From the IMG/VR virus record IMGVR_UViG_3300036766_002289, positions 248,001 to 312,000 of that record: a stretch of DNA of 64,000 bases, one strand, 5' to 3'. The position numbers and the translations under genes were made by a program. The notes below the pieces were generated by a model that ran no database searches, was not told the origin of the DNA, and saw only the letters and a program-made list of their open reading frames with translations. Positions 10,850 through 23,053 of the stretch are shown piece after piece (the stretch's first letter is position 1; every line of letters begins with the position of its first letter).

Positions 10850-10975
10850 GGTCAAATAAAAGCGTAGTTTAATGGCGTGCTGAAGGGCACTCTTAGAACA
10901 TCGGGCATGACAGCCCGAAGGTGCAGGGTGAGAACGACTCGCAAAGCGTTTATGCCTAATCCCTGCCGTTTGATT
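10850..10975 (+). ncRNA. tRNA-like RNA (initiator-tRNA-derived) with insertions in D and T loops
   Basis: TA-GTTT-AATGG..TA-GAAC D arm; TCGGG/CCCGA anticodon stem followed by AGGT; GCAGGG/CCCTGC T stem; GTCAAA/TTTGAT terminal pairing. Confidence 0.6.
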
Positions 10976-11186
10976 AAACAATGGGGAATTATTAATGAAA
11001 TACAAGTATGTGTCTATAACCTATTCTAACGAAGACAATATGATGGTAGAGTTAAACATTTTAGGCAAGTTTGGATGGGAACTTGTTTCAGTTTGTTATT
11101 GCGAGAGTCGTTTTGTCGCATTTTTAATGCAAAAGGAAGTCGATGAGCCTATTGCTTAGTTGTACCAGTAAATCAAAGGGGACAAA

Positions 11187-11381
11187 ATGACGAACTACAT
11201 CCCGTGTATGAAGTGTGCCCAACGATTTACTAAAGACTGGAATTGGTATATTTGCGACGAATGCGGCTATCGAGTATGTCAGAGTTGTTTTCCAAGGCAA
11301 ACTGGTCCTTATAATAACTCTGGCGGATTTAAGTGTTCACAGTGCCAATACGGACACCTCGAACAGGAGGATGATGACTAA
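11187..11381 (+). CDS. small zinc-finger protein
   Basis: Four CxxC motifs in 64 aa; RBS downstream of a motif copy. Confidence 0.7.
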   Translation: MTNYIPCMKCAQRFTKDWNWYICDECGYRVCQSCFPRQTGPYNNSGGFKCSQCQYGHLEQEDDD

Positions 11382-12042
11382 TGGAAATCCTGAATAAGCT
11401 TCTCAAGATGCAAGCTAAAGCTTTCACAGTTGAAGAACTTAAGTTCCTGATTAATTTGGATATTAAGTTGTTCCCGCATGATTATCTTCTTGGGAAGGAA
11501 GTTGAAAAGATTTACAATAGGCTCAGGGGTCTTCCGATGGAACAAGGTGGCATCGAAGGCGGGTATCAATTCTAATGAACGTTAGAACTATCCTAGAAAA
11601 TGCCAGGAATCTCTTGCCATTAGAGGTAAGAAGCGTCGAAACTAAGCCAATACCGCTTGGTCCTTTAACGGGCACCTTAGACGAATTTGATGAGTTTATG
11701 TCTCATAATGAATATGAATTAGCCTTTGATGCAATTGAGGTAGTGGGCTTTAAGGCAAAGGCTAGTTTGGAATTTTGGAGGACTTTGGCTCAAGCTGGAA
11801 TCGTAATGGGCCTTTTTAAGGAAATTAAAAATGGAAGCTATCAAGAATCAGTTGAACGATATCCTGAAGGATATGGAAATTCCCGCGATGAGACGGGAAT
11901 TAACCCCTCATAACCTTCGTTGGCTTGCTCGTAATCTTCATTTTAATAATCGAACGAAGCCTGAATTCGGCACTGCAATTCATTTTATCCAACATCTTTT
12001 ATGGTCCCAAGATGATAGTTCCTTAATCATTGGAGAATAACT

Positions 12043-12552
12043 ATGTCTACTTCGACTGACGGCCAGATTTGTTATGGTATCCCTTTTGAGAACTTGGACT
12101 TTCCTTGGGAAGGGAAGTATGAAGGTGACATTGAAAAATGGTGGCAAGACGTTAATGGATTTAAGCATTCTGTTGAGATTTATTCAGACACCGATAAAAG
12201 TGGTTATATTGACGGGCAAAAGCCTAAGCAGTCAGTGATTGATACATATTATAAGGAAGAAAGGGAGTGGCTGAAGACTAATCCACTGCCAGTTGAATTG
12301 GTGAATTATTGCAGTGGTGGAGCCCCACTTTATATTTTGGCAGTCCCCGAGTCTTTCAAAAGTAACAGCCGTGGGTTTCCGCTTGAATTCAACCCTGCCG
12401 AACTTCAGGTGACTCCAGAACAGAGACAGAATCTTATTGATTTCTGCGAGAAATATCTGGGAGAAAAGATTGCAAAACACAACGACGAAGAATACAATGA
12501 TGTTAAGATTACGCTGGAACCGAAATGGTATTTGACCAGCTATTGGGGGTAA
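12043..12552 (+). CDS. hypothetical protein
   Basis: GGAG RBS; 169-aa ORF. Confidence 0.7.
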   Translation: MSTSTDGQICYGIPFENLDFPWEGKYEGDIEKWWQDVNGFKHSVEIYSDTDKSGYIDGQKPKQSVIDTYYKEEREWLKTNPLPVELVNYCSGGAPLYILAVPESFKSNSRGFPLEFNPAELQVTPEQRQNLIDFCEKYLGEKIAKHNDEEYNDVKITLEPKWYLTSYWG

Positions 12553-13554
12553 GATGGATATTCATTTAACGAATGAACAAGCTAAATGGCTTGTTGCTCA
12601 TTTGGATGCTTTGCTTGAGGACCGAGATTGGGGCCGAGTCAAAATGGAAGCCGATCAACGGGAACATGCTCAAACTATTCACGATAAAATTGACAAAGTA
12701 TTAATTTCCAGGCAATGGTAATGTATAAAATACCAGAAGTTTTGTATGATGGCTGTATCTCCGATTGCTACATTGGAAAAGTAGTGAAAGTCCATAAAAA
12801 CAATCAATATAAGTTCTATACTTTCTGTGATTTGGAATTAGTGAAGCAATTACATGGCGACTGCAATTATTTGCATTTAGATGAGTATGCATTTACTACT
12901 ACCGTATATGATAATTGCCTATATTCTTGCGAACGATATAGTGATCTGCGTATTCCAGCAATTGGCTCCCTAATTCAGGTATTGACAGTAGGAATGGGTT
13001 ACGGTTGCCATCATTATCTTGAATTTCTTGAGAACATTGGAGATGCAGTGCCAGTCCCAGGCATGTATCATGAATTGGTTGCTAAACGAGTAGACAATTA
13101 TCAAATATAGGATTATACCCTAGTTGTACCTATGAAAAAGTCCAAGAAAATGTATCGGCTAGCGTTCCTTGTTGGGCTAATTCTTGCGCCATACATTATC
13201 ATGACAAATTTGAGAGACCTATGGAGTCTTTCAGGCATTATTATAGGCGTCTTATTTGTTACTATGCTCAGTTTAACTTTCTATGCTTCTAATCTTGAAG
13301 AACGAGGAGAATGAAATGCAATATATTGAAGGTTACTGGTGGGTTTGGCTCATTGGCATGGTCGTTACTTTCCTTTATGGCGGCTGGAATCAGACTTCAC
13401 GTATGAATCGAATGATGGCCCTTCAGCTAGAAACTAATTTCTTCCAAGGCGTTTATGCTTTGTTTGCCGCTGCCCTTCTTTATGTTGGATTCATGGTTCT
13501 GCTGATTACTTCTATCGTTCTCAATGTAATTCATTACGTAAAAGAGATTCAATA

Positions 13555-14109
13555 ATGTATCAGTATGTATTAGCATTGTCCTTATTGGCGTCTACTGACC
13601 CAATTCCTACTGGAATTGATGGCGAAAATTTATTCAATCATCTAAAAGCCAGTCTTATACAAATTTCCATTGAGAAAGAGATTCTTGACCCAAGAGAATC
13701 CAGATACATACTGACCTCCTTTTACAATTGCTTTTATCTTGATATGGAGTTATTGAGAAAAAGGTATCATGAATTCAAGGACGCCCCGCCTGTTGAAGAT
13801 GCAATGCGTTTCCCTGATCGGAAATATATTAATGAATTAATGGCTTTCAACGGGGAATATAGAAGTAATATGGATAGGATGGGGGAAGCATACAACCATA
13901 GAAGGGATGAATATAAAGAAGTAATAAAAGAAACAGATAAAATCAGATTGATTTTAGATGCTGCTTGGGATGCCAGTTGCGACTATTATTACGTGTCTGT
14001 CAGAAGGAATGCACTGCTTAAGCTAAAGTCGCTGATTGGTAATAACGCTTATTATTCTGGGGAATTGCCCCCACCAGTACCAGTATGGAGATTAAGGGAG
14101 ATTAAATGA
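13555..14109 (+). CDS. hypothetical protein with signal-peptide-like N-terminus
   Basis: Hydrophobic N-terminus VLALSLLAS; TAATG coupling to the upstream gene. Confidence 0.65.
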   Translation: MYQYVLALSLLASTDPIPTGIDGENLFNHLKASLIQISIEKEILDPRESRYILTSFYNCFYLDMELLRKRYHEFKDAPPVEDAMRFPDRKYINELMAFNGEYRSNMDRMGEAYNHRRDEYKEVIKETDKIRLILDAAWDASCDYYYVSVRRNALLKLKSLIGNNAYYSGELPPPVPVWRLREIK

Positions 14110-14524
14110 AAGTCTTAATGTACGGCAATCGTAAGGAGGGAAGTACTTATTGGGATATTAGTAATCCTGAAAAGGAAGTCGCTGGACTTAGGCGATTATT
14201 CCAGCACCTTGACGAAGACTGGCAAATGTTTGAAGTGGAAGAACACACCTTTGAAGAAGAAAAAGAAATCAAGGAATTAGAGGGCCTCAAGGAATTACTG
14301 GATAACAATAAGATTCCAGATATTCTATTGGAAATTTCCAAAAAGAAAGTGGCCCGCTTAGCGGAGATTCAGAAGGAAAAGCAAAATAACACAAAGCAAA
14401 TTGAATTGGCTAAAAGGGCACGGGCTGGTGATGCTTACGCCATTGGCAAGTTACTCCGTGCTGTTCAGCACACTGACTATGGTGAATGGTCAATCATTAA
14501 TGTAGCCAATCCGTTGGAGTAAAT

Positions 14525-14719
14525 GTGAAAACTCTTGAAGACATTACCAATATGCTCGCCAGTCATATGGGGTCTAAGGAAGCAGCAGAACTTTGGCTCA
14601 ATACCGTTGATCCTGTTGTTTCTAATGAAACCCCAAAAGAAACCATTGACAGAGGCAGAATCGACATTATTATTGCCTATCTAGAAGATCATTGGGGACC
14701 AGGCCCGAGTTATAGCTGA
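14525..14719 (+). CDS. antitoxin Xre/MbcA/ParS toxin-binding-domain-like protein
   Basis: GSKEAAELWLNT...ETP.E.I..GR pattern; no cognate RES toxin nearby. Confidence 0.5.
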   Translation: MKTLEDITNMLASHMGSKEAAELWLNTVDPVVSNETPKETIDRGRIDIIIAYLEDHWGPGPSYS

Positions 14720-14726
14720 GGTAACA

Positions 14727-15659
14727 ATGACCGATTGTTTAATCTGTCATAATCCTATCATTAGGCGTGCCCATCGTTCACCAAAATACCAACAGAAATA
14801 CTGTGGTATTGCTTGCCGCGATGAAGCCCTAAAGATATACAGCATCCAACCTTGCAAAGTGTGCAAAAGACTTTTTAAGAAACGTAGAAAAGGCACAGTT
14901 TGCTGCTCAGTGGAATGCTTCAATGCTAACAAAAAGAAACCATTAGACAAAGATGCTCTTATAGCTGCCATGCTTGAATGCAGATTTGGCCCGTTACCCA
15001 ATTGGACAAATATCTCCAAGAAACTTAAATGCTCCCATCATACAGCAGTTGATACAGCAAAGGAATTTAGCCTGATTGATTCCAAAAGACAAGGACCAAT
15101 CGTCGATGGACAATATTTACCTATCCCAGAAAAACCACCGCTTTCCATTGACCCTAACCTAACTTCTAAAGAAACCCTTGAAAAAGATTTAGTTGCCAAT
15201 AGAACCATAAATGGTTGCTGGCTATGGACTTGCAGAACTAACAGGCAAGGTTACGGGCTTATTTATTTGAATAGACCATATGACCGTGAGTTTTTGGTTA
15301 AGGCGGTTGCTCTTTATGTTTGGAAGGATTTACCATTAGATCAAAATAAGTTAATTTTCAATAAATGTGGTTTTAAGAATTGTTTTAATCCAAAGCATCT
15401 TAGGGTATGTAAGTCTAGGCGAGAAATGTCGAATTGTCTAGCTAAGGCGGGCAAACTTAGGGTGCCACTTGGTAAGCAGCATCCACGATGGAAGATTGAT
15501 TTGCCGATGGCTCTTGATATCAGGGACGGTATTAATATGGGCGAAACTAATAAGCAAATAGTTAAAAGACTTAAGGTGTCGTCGCTTATTGTCAATAATA
15601 TTCGTAAAAAGAGGACGTGGAAGTATATTTGGAAACTGAAGTCTGAATACATAGCTTAG
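14727..15659 (+). CDS. HNH endonuclease with N-terminal zinc fingers and C-terminal HTH
   Basis: YCGIAC/CCSVEC repeats; GCWLWT...GYG...CGFKNCFNPKHL. Confidence 0.75.
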   Translation: MTDCLICHNPIIRRAHRSPKYQQKYCGIACRDEALKIYSIQPCKVCKRLFKKRRKGTVCCSVECFNANKKKPLDKDALIAAMLECRFGPLPNWTNISKKLKCSHHTAVDTAKEFSLIDSKRQGPIVDGQYLPIPEKPPLSIDPNLTSKETLEKDLVANRTINGCWLWTCRTNRQGYGLIYLNRPYDREFLVKAVALYVWKDLPLDQNKLIFNKCGFKNCFNPKHLRVCKSRREMSNCLAKAGKLRVPLGKQHPRWKIDLPMALDIRDGINMGETNKQIVKRLKVSSLIVNNIRKKRTWKYIWKLKSEYIA

Positions 15660-16843
15660 TTGTACCAAAGGAGTTGAATATGATTGGCTGTATTATTATT
15701 GCTGAAGAGGAATGCAACGGCGAAGTATTTGAGTTTGAGACTCAAAAAGAAGCTGCCGCCTTTTGCACTGGAGTCCATGAAGGGGCAGGGCTTTATGGTT
15801 GCGGTTCTTGCAAAGCATATACGCTTGCAGATTTAGAGCAATTAGACTCAGAAGACGATGCCGAAGATATTGCATTTATTGAACAGTATTTGAGGTCTTA
15901 ATGGAACCATTCAATAAGTTACAACGCCATGTCCAACGGGCACATGGTTTTCTTGAACTTTATCAAATGACTGATTCTGAAGTAATGCGTCAGCGTTATG
16001 TCGATGAAATCAAGAATGCCTTGAACGACAAAGAAATTGAAGAGATGTTTGACCGCATGGCTTGGGAACACGAACAAGAACGAAGGCGAAATGAAACTTC
16101 CCATTGAATTAGATATTGAGTTAGACACAATCTGGACTGAGTATAAGTCTCAGCTTGAGAAGGTGCAAACTCCTGCCGAATTAACAGAATTTGTCAATCG
16201 TTGGCGGGAGATTTTCCTCATTGAGATGAAGGAAGTAAATCAGCAAACTTTGGATGATATTCGTACAGCAAATATGAATTTGTCCCCTCCCCGCACAATG
16301 GATAATTTGGTTGCTGAATTAATTCTTCCACGCAAGATTATGATGGCAATGATAAATGCACAAAGATACATTGTGCCACTTAATTGTGCTTTTATTCAGG
16401 GCAATGGTGGTTTAGGAGCTTTTTATGATGACTGAACGCGAAAAAGACCTTCATTTGAAGATTGTCTGTATTACTGCTCGCTTGATGAGCAATACCAAGT
16501 TTGATTCTTCTCAAACTAGGGCTGAATATCGCTCCAGTTTGGACGATCAAATCGAAAGCCTTGATGATTATGTTATTGACTTGCTTGCTGAACACTTAAA
16601 GGTTGCTGAACTTTATGACATTGTGGACCTTAATCACGATGATGGCCCAGAGACGGATGGACTGACATTCGTTGGGTCATATAAAGGTTACGGCATTCAT
16701 TCTGAAGACACTGGTTTTATGATTTCTAAAGGTATGGATTTTTTTCAAACTTCATTCGCTTCTGTTGAGATTTGTAAGTGGTTCATTGATGATGATATCG
16801 AGATTCAAGCATTAAAGAACACCGACCATCGTGGGCCACAACA

Positions 16844-17380
16844 CTAAGTAGCATACATCGTGGGCCACAAATCGCTGCAAGTCCTTTTGTTCTTAGTATT
16901 TACGCCAGCGTTTTTGGCTATTTTTCTGTCATAATCATTAGGAATAAGACCGCGTGAGACTAGTTTAGTTTCTTCATCTCTCCACTCTTGCATCTTGGCT
17001 TGAAGCCATTGGTCATTAGCAGTGGTGGCGTCATTGATCCAGCTTTCAGGAACTAAGTGGTTAATAACGTCCTGAACATATTCGTGGGTTTCACGGGTAC
17101 GAATCGCTCTATTTTTTAATTTTTCGCAGCCTGGTGGCTGAAATGTATACAGATTCATTTCTTGGTCATAAGTGGTGAATTCGTGTCTAATTAGGGCAAT
17201 AAGGGCGTTACCAGAGAATGGTTTGCCGCTCATTGCTTCCATGATATGTTCACCTAATTTTTGTTTTTGCTCAGCGGATAAGAGGGCAATACGTCCAGGT
17301 GCAGGCCAGCCACGATGGGCAGGATTCCTTGGTTTGTAAATGATCTTGCCTTCTGTTAATAACCACTCTCTAAAGTTCAT
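16844..17380 (-). CDS. putative internal head protein with capsid-targeting-like N-terminus
   Basis: MNFREWLLTE N-terminus; TATATAA just upstream of the ATG. Confidence 0.5.
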   Translation of the reverse strand: MNFREWLLTEGKIIYKPRNPAHRGWPAPGRIALLSAEQKQKLGEHIMEAMSGKPFSGNALIALIRHEFTTYDQEMNLYTFQPPGCEKLKNRAIRTRETHEYVQDVINHLVPESWINDATTANDQWLQAKMQEWRDEETKLVSRGLIPNDYDRKIAKNAGVNTKNKRTCSDLWPTMYAT

Positions 17381-17389
17381 GAGTTATAT

Positions 17390-17866
17390 ATGTTTATCAA
17401 TAATAACAAACTCGCTAAAACCAAACATCTTCCGCCTGGACATGTTGACAAGGCCAAAGCAGAAAAAGCCATCAAGAAGGAATATGAAAAGTGCTTTAAC
17501 ATTGAGAGAAAATGGTGCAAACGATTCCATTACAGATTTTGCACAGTGGCCAATGCTCTGCAATTTTGCAATGAGATTTGCTATTCCCTTGGTGAAAGGC
17601 GATTAAAAGGATTAGTAATTAATTCACCTGAAGTGGGAGAGTTTGCTGCTGCGCATTATTACAATCGTTGCATTCATTTCAAATACGGATTTCCTATCTA
17701 TATCGGTACTCTAATGCATGAGTTAGCTCATCATTTTGAGTGTTATTCTCACGGAGAAAAATTTTGCGAAGTGTTGGACTTTTTATTCCAGATGGCTTAT
17801 ACTAAGGTGACGGGAAAGCGGCCTAAGAAGGATTGGAGTTATGAACGAAATCAGATTGTGGCTTGA
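17390..17866 (+). CDS. HExxH zinc metallopeptidase-like protein
   Basis: TLMHELAHH...HGEKF. Confidence 0.65.
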   Translation: MFINNNKLAKTKHLPPGHVDKAKAEKAIKKEYEKCFNIERKWCKRFHYRFCTVANALQFCNEICYSLGERRLKGLVINSPEVGEFAAAHYYNRCIHFKYGFPIYIGTLMHELAHHFECYSHGEKFCEVLDFLFQMAYTKVTGKRPKKDWSYERNQIVA

Positions 17867-18143
17867 TGATGTGCGTGCAATGCCCCCGAGATATACTCAT
17901 TGGGCAAAAACTGCAAGTCAAGCTATTAAGCTTCTCGAAACTGGAAAAGTAACAGAGTGTTCATTAGATCATGACTTAGGCAATCAGGTTGAAACGGGTT
18001 ATGATGTTGCTAAATGGATTGAGTACCATGCCCATGATGGCACACTTCCTAAAATCCGTTGCAAGGTTCATAGTCAAAATGTCGTAGGTGCAAAAAACAT
18101 CAAGATGGCTTTGCAAAGTGCCTATAGAGCTTGGGGAACTTAG
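17841..18143 (+). CDS. cyclic-phosphate-processing receiver domain protein
   Basis: LWLDDVR...SLDHDLG...TGYDVAKWI...VHSQNVVG signature. Confidence 0.8.
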   Translation: MNEIRLWLDDVRAMPPRYTHWAKTASQAIKLLETGKVTECSLDHDLGNQVETGYDVAKWIEYHAHDGTLPKIRCKVHSQNVVGAKNIKMALQSAYRAWGT

Positions 18144-19281
18144 CTTAGTTGTACCGAGTGTATCATGGAGAGAAAATTGACTAAGGTTTTGGAAACTTTT
18201 GATGGATTCGTCGATAAAATCGTTGGTGAAATTGCGTACATTACTCTGACCAGTGAACATGGAGACGTTCTTTGGGGTGAATATGATAGTGTGAAGCTTG
18301 CTGAAAAAGGCATCAAGGAACGTAGACGATTCAAATGCCAGACTGTGGAAGTGAAGGAAGGCAAGTGGAGTATTGAGGCTGATAAACCGCCAATCGGTTA
18401 TCATGTTGTCCGAATTGATATTCAGGCTATTCCTGATATTGAATTGACTCCAGAGCGTGAACAGGAGATCAGTGAAGAAATTGACCGACTTCTTGGAGAT
18501 TAAATTATGCCAGATATTCAAAGAATTGAGGAAGGTAACTGGAAAGTGTTTTACAACGGCAAGATTTACGCTATGATAAATGATGGACAATGCTGGAATT
18601 TGCACTATAGCCATGTCCAGAACCCTGTTCTTGCCCGCGAGGTTCTTCCTGAAGAAGTGCTAGATTGGTTAATGGAACATGCCAAAAATTAATTTCTATA
18701 TCAAAGGTAAGATTGACGGTGCTACCGTTGAATGGGCAATTGACAAGCAAGGCAATGCTGTTGACGTGCGGAATATGTCCGTATACGACCTTCTTGAGAA
18801 ACTTCAAAAAAGAGAACTAGTTCTTGATCCATACGTTTTTCTGAGTGGCAAGTGCGAACAGGAAAATCTTGAGGCTCATCTTTTTGAGAGGAATAGAGGC
18901 GAGAATGGATGCTAATTACGAAGCCTTTATCCTATATTATACCGCTTTCCATGAATTTGAAATCAGTGTTAAAGAATTTAAGGATATGTTGATTTCCGAC
19001 ATTGGGGAGGATGGCTTTGCTCAGGCTATTGCCATTTTTAAGCAGGACCGAGAAAAGAGAGAATCCGTTGGTGATAAGCGTACAATGTATGAGGCGACAC
19101 ATGAAATTAAAGGAAATGCTTAGGAATATGCCGACGTTTGCTGGTATAATCAACCTAATCAGCAACGATTTTGTTTTAATACCGAAGCAGAACGAAATTT
19201 GTTTCACATCCGTCTTTGGGAATTAAATGCTGAATTTGTCCTTTACGGTGATGGACACCTTTTCAAAGTAGATGTTATGCT

Positions 19282-20034
19282 ATGAATGTAATTAAAAATT
19301 GCCGTCATGGTTTGATGTTATACAATACCAATGATATTTGGATTGGCCGCTCACTTACCCAATATGGCGAATTTTCCCAAGGTGAAGTTGAACTTTTTCA
19401 AGAGCTAATCAAGCCAGGTATGCTAGTCATCGACATAGGGGCCAATATCGGCACGCATACCGTTCCTTTTGCTAAGTTAGTTGGCCATAAAGGATTAGTA
19501 TTCGCCTATGAACCGCAAAGAATAGTATATTATTGTCTATGCGCTAATGTTGCGTTAAATAACCTAACGAATGTTCATTGTTTACGTCAAGCAGTCGGTA
19601 ATGCGGAAGGTAGCATTGATGTTCCTGAACTTGACTTCAGGAAGCCTAATAATTTTGGTGGACTTGAGCTAGGCAAGGTAAGTGGCACCCCTGTTAAACT
19701 AACCAAACTTGATAATTTGAAGTTACCAAGACTTGATTTCATCAAAATTGATGTTGAAGGTATGGAGTTAGACGTGATTAAGGGGGCAGAATCATTGATT
19801 TCTAAATATAGGCCCTTAATCTACATGGAAGTTGATAGACCCGATAGCGTAGAAACATTAACTGAGATGATGCAGTCACTTGATTATGAAACTTACTCTC
19901 ATAAACCCCCTTTATTTAATCCAGATAATTATATCGGCAATGAGCAAAACGTGTTTGGCAATATAGTTTCCATTAATATGTTATGTCATCCAAAAGAATT
20001 AGAATTTAACTCTGCTAAGTTAGGATTAACATGA
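19282..20034 (+). CDS. FkbM family methyltransferase
   Basis: IDIGANIGTHT...AYEP...FIKIDVEGME. Confidence 0.9.
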   Translation: MNVIKNCRHGLMLYNTNDIWIGRSLTQYGEFSQGEVELFQELIKPGMLVIDIGANIGTHTVPFAKLVGHKGLVFAYEPQRIVYYCLCANVALNNLTNVHCLRQAVGNAEGSIDVPELDFRKPNNFGGLELGKVSGTPVKLTKLDNLKLPRLDFIKIDVEGMELDVIKGAESLISKYRPLIYMEVDRPDSVETLTEMMQSLDYETYSHKPPLFNPDNYIGNEQNVFGNIVSINMLCHPKELEFNSAKLGLT

Positions 20035-20212
20035 CAATTCAACCAGGAATAGTAGTCAAAGATTACTATGGTAATAAGACTACGATTTACCCCACGGGGG
20101 CTGAGTGGATACTAGCCTTTGCATTAAAAGGTTGTCAGTGGGCGATTGATGAAATTGAGTCGGGCAGGCTACAGCAGGCCCAAGACTCTTTATGGGAAGG
20201 GGAGAATATCTA

Positions 20213-20479
20213 ATGGGCTGTTTAATTACTATTTGTGCGTTGATTGCTCCTAGAGTGACCATGTTTGTCATTCTACTCTCTACTGATTGGTTCTCAAGGG
20301 CGTATGAAACTACCGTTTACCCAGTTTTGGGTTTCATTTTCCTGCCTTATACAACTTTAGTATACATGGCCGCTATGCTCAATGCAGGCGGGGTAATGGG
20401 CATTTGGACTTTGCTAATGGTTCTTGCTGTCCTTACCGATTTGGGCAATTATAAGATTGAATACAAGAGAGCATTATGA
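20213..20479 (+). CDS. small membrane protein
   Basis: Three hydrophobic segments; PR...W.SRAY...P.LGFIFLPYTTL pattern typical of a bacterial small membrane family. Confidence 0.65.
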   Translation: MGCLITICALIAPRVTMFVILLSTDWFSRAYETTVYPVLGFIFLPYTTLVYMAAMLNAGGVMGIWTLLMVLAVLTDLGNYKIEYKRAL

Positions 20480-22681
20480 ACGTTATCAAGGAAATTGAAG
20501 AAACATACATGCCATTAAACAAAGAGTGGTATCATCGTAGTATTGTAATGATTCTGCTTGAAGAAGCAATTAAAGCAGAACGTAAGGCATGTGCCGAACT
20601 GGCCTTTCTGAATGCTGCGCAGTCTCATAGTGACAATACAAGTCTAGAACGCAAATGAAAATCCAAGAACTTGAAAATTGGGTAATTCATGACGGCAAAT
20701 TACAAACGCCTTGGGGCTTACACTATATTCAATGTAACAAAAAAATTGAAGTGTGTAAAAGCTTATTCGGTTATGTTTTTGGCTACAATTATGCCGAAAT
20801 AACTTTTGATTTGCTGAACAAGAAACCTGAAAATCCATTTACTGACGATGATGGATTCTATCATATTCCTGGTTGGTCTGATAGACAAATGAACGACACT
20901 TTAAGTTATCATTTTTGGCTTAGTTGGAGTTGGGAAAGAAACTTAAAAGCATTCCGTTTATTCTGTGTAAATTCTGAGAACTTTCCTACAGTAGTCAGAG
21001 ATTAGAGGTAATTAATGGACGCTAATCCCGCATTTTGGACGCCGCAAGTCCTTGAAGAAAAAGAACTTAACGACATTTGCACTTGGCTATTTAGTTGGCA
21101 AAAGGCATGTGTTACTAGTGATAGTCTATCTACTGATTTCCTTGAAGAAGGTGAGAAGTCACCAAGTCAGCAACTTGATCCTAATTTCAAGGTGGCGATG
21201 GGACATATTGAGGCATTGATTCGGCATATTAGGGCAACAAAAGGAAGTAAATTTAAGCGTGGTGATATTTTAGTGTGTAGTGGCATTGATATGGCTTTTC
21301 ATACTTTAGGTGAACGTCCATTGCTTGGTAATACTTATAATGCTTGTTGTGATTCTTATATCACCCCACATAGAGAAGTAGTGGAAGTATTTGGGTTGGT
21401 GGGGGCGTATCCAGTCAGTTGGTTTAGGAAATATTGGGACTTACCTTAGTTGTACCAGAGAAGACATGGTTATTTGCATTGACTACTCCGAGAAAGGTTG
21501 TTGGATTGCATGGGACAAGGAAAGGGGAGTAAATTCTTTTCCTCGTTTAGAAGTCTGTGGTAATCCAGTCAGGCTACAAGTTGTAATGCAACGTAAATAT
21601 CCTGATGCCATTATTGAAATTAGTGAAGCCGCGTCTATGGTGGCACTTCCGATGATGGACGATTATATTGATAAATACGTTGGAAGCAGCCTTCATAAGC
21701 ATGATAGGGGACAATAATGCTACGCAATGACGGCAAATACGAAATTTGTACCATCGAAGCTAAGCCAGTTGACGACAAATACAATTCTGGTTGGTTTGGG
21801 ATTAGCTTTGATGGTAGTTTTAAGTGGGGCAAACGCTGGTATCCAGATTACAGCGGCAAGGAATATGAGCCTTATGAATCTTTTAGTGCAAGTGGAAAAT
21901 GCTGGCAAGAAACTGGCATACACGGCACTTATGATGTTGAAAAAGCAATTAAGCTTTACCTTATTCTCATTGAACTCAATCCTGAATATATGTTCAGGGT
22001 GAATAAGAAAACTATTTTGCAGGAAAGTGAAATCCTTTGGTGCGGCTCAAAAAAGAAGAAGCAACTGGTGAAGTCTTGAAAGGCCGATGCACGTAGGAGT
22101 TTTAGCTTAGTTGTACCAGAGGTCGTATGGAAAGAATCATCCAACCCGATGCGTGGCTCGTTACCAAACGAAACGGACAATACGAATATTCCCCATTCTA
22201 TGGGAAGATCGAAAATTTTGTCCCTGAGTTTGGTGAAGAACTAATGGAAATCTGTGGCACCGAAGAAGCCGCAATTCGTTCCATGCACGCTTGCTACAAG
22301 CTTTACAATTCGTAAAAAGTGTGCTAGGATAGGAATATGCGGCCTGGTTGTGGTAACATAACCGTGTGAGTACACAAAGTCTGAAAAACCGTGATTACGA
22401 TTGTTAGTTGTTATCGGTTCAACATTTATTACGTGGAAAGCACACCAAGAATTGACTTGGGGGCCGCTCCATTTTTGGAGAAAAGTCATGGCTCAGTTAG
22501 TTGCAGACGTGGATAATTTGCAGGTTCAATGGTTTTACAAGGATGGCAAGAAGCTTGCTCATTTGGTGGCATGGAATGCCGAGATGACGGAAATTGTGGA
22601 ATCTGTTCATATTTCAAATAAGGTTGCTGAAATCTTATCTGATTATGGTGTAAATTCAGGTAGTTAATACAGGAGAAAATC

Positions 22682-23011
22682 ATGGCAATGAAGATCGAAC
22701 ATCCGTATGGCAACAAGGGCGAAACCTACAAGTTCCCGAGCTATTTCGGCTCTCATGCTAGTATGATCGACCAGCCTCTTACCGATGCTGTCAAGCAATT
22801 GCAATCTGGTGAAGCTCCTGACGTTCCAAAGGAACAGATGGCACTGCTTAATAAGCTTGCAAGCCTTATGAAGGATGATTGCGTGGTTATTAAGGACGAA
22901 CACAAGGAACCCTACGTCACTAGTCGTAAGGCCCTTGATAATGGCCTGGCAGACCCGAACCGCTATGCCACATGCCGTGTTGAGTACCTTTGTAATCAGA
23001 AGAAGGATTAA
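22682..23011 (+). CDS. hypothetical protein, probably highly expressed
   Basis: AGGAG RBS, biased codon use, strong downstream hairpin. Confidence 0.7.
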   Translation: MAMKIEHPYGNKGETYKFPSYFGSHASMIDQPLTDAVKQLQSGEAPDVPKEQMALLNKLASLMKDDCVVIKDEHKEPYVTSRKALDNGLADPNRYATCRVEYLCNQKKD

Positions 23012-23016
23012 TAACA

Positions 23017-23053
23017 TCTGCACAAAGGGATATTTTCTATCCCTTTGTGCAGA
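23017..23053. terminator. 16-bp perfect inverted repeat (terminator or stabilising hairpin)
   Basis: TCTGCACAAAGGGATA / TATCCCTTTGTGCAGA; no U-tract. Confidence 0.55.
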
